Below are positions 44,952 to 45,256 of a stretch of DNA of 45,256 nucleotides, in pieces. A program made the translations under genes and the position numbers. Source of the stretch: Chiloscyllium plagiosum (taxonomy: Eukaryota); contig NC_057719.1 in assembly GCF_004010195.1 (NCBI RefSeq), positions 89,843,562 through 89,888,817 of the forward strand. Direction: 5' to 3'. Below the pieces are notes generated by a model, which had not been told where the DNA came from, ran no database searches, and saw only the letters and a program-made list of their open reading frames with translations. Each line of letters begins with the position of its first letter. Positions within the stretch are counted from its first letter, which is position 1.

Positions 44952-45256
44952 CACAGTGGCACAGTGGTTAGCACTGCTGCCTCACAGCGCCAGACACCCG
45001 GGTTCAATTCCCACCTCAGGCGACTGACTGTGTGGAGTTTGCATGTTCTCCCCGTGTCAGCGTGGGTTTCCTCCCACAGTCAAAAGATGTGCAGGTCAGG
45101 TGAATTGGCCATGTTAAATTGCCCGTAGTGTTAGGTAAGGGGTAAATGTAGGAATATGGGTGGGTTACGCTTCGGCGGGTCGGTGTGGACTTGTTGGGCC
45201 GAAGAGCCTGTTTCCACACTGTAATGAAATCTAATCTAATCTAATCTAATCTAATC
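44952..45256 (+). mobile_element. HE1-like V-SINE
   Basis: gtggcacagtggttagcactgctgcctcacagcgccag head; (TCTAA)n tail runs to the window end. Confidence 0.9.

Noticed and set aside
44952..45020. tRNA-like sequence with A and B boxes (also at 17000, 31218, 32822)
   Set aside because: These are SINE heads continuing into the V-domain and LINE tail, not tRNA genes.

Overview
Vertebrate genomic DNA, most likely from an elasmobranch (shark), judged by HE1/V-SINE, Deu-domain SINE and CR1/Penelope repeats. The window holds the 3' half of DPF3 (BAF45c) on the + strand. A shared exon encoding the first half of PHD1 (7765-7893) splices either to the DPF3a-specific terminal exon (9535-9722, poly(A) signal 11521) or to three DPF3b exons (11995-12107, 34930-35011, 35762-35832) that complete the double PHD finger. 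Most of the rest is degenerate retroelement sequence (Gypsy, Tx1, CR1, L1, Rex1, Penelope, SINEs) plus Tc1/mariner-type MITEs and one assembly gap. Three observations stand out. (1) A perfect 15-nt complementary pair with flanking extensions (9341-9355 / 11732-11746) would loop out the whole DPF3a terminal exon and its poly(A) site. (2) Tx1-clade LINE 3' ends sit in a tandem stack at one ~14-bp target overlapping the TATA box of a Gypsy LTR. (3) Several short Penelope-derived fold-back insertions carry minimal hammerhead ribozyme cores and target-site duplications (TSDs). Family names come from recalled motifs, not database searches, and repeat boundaries are approximate.
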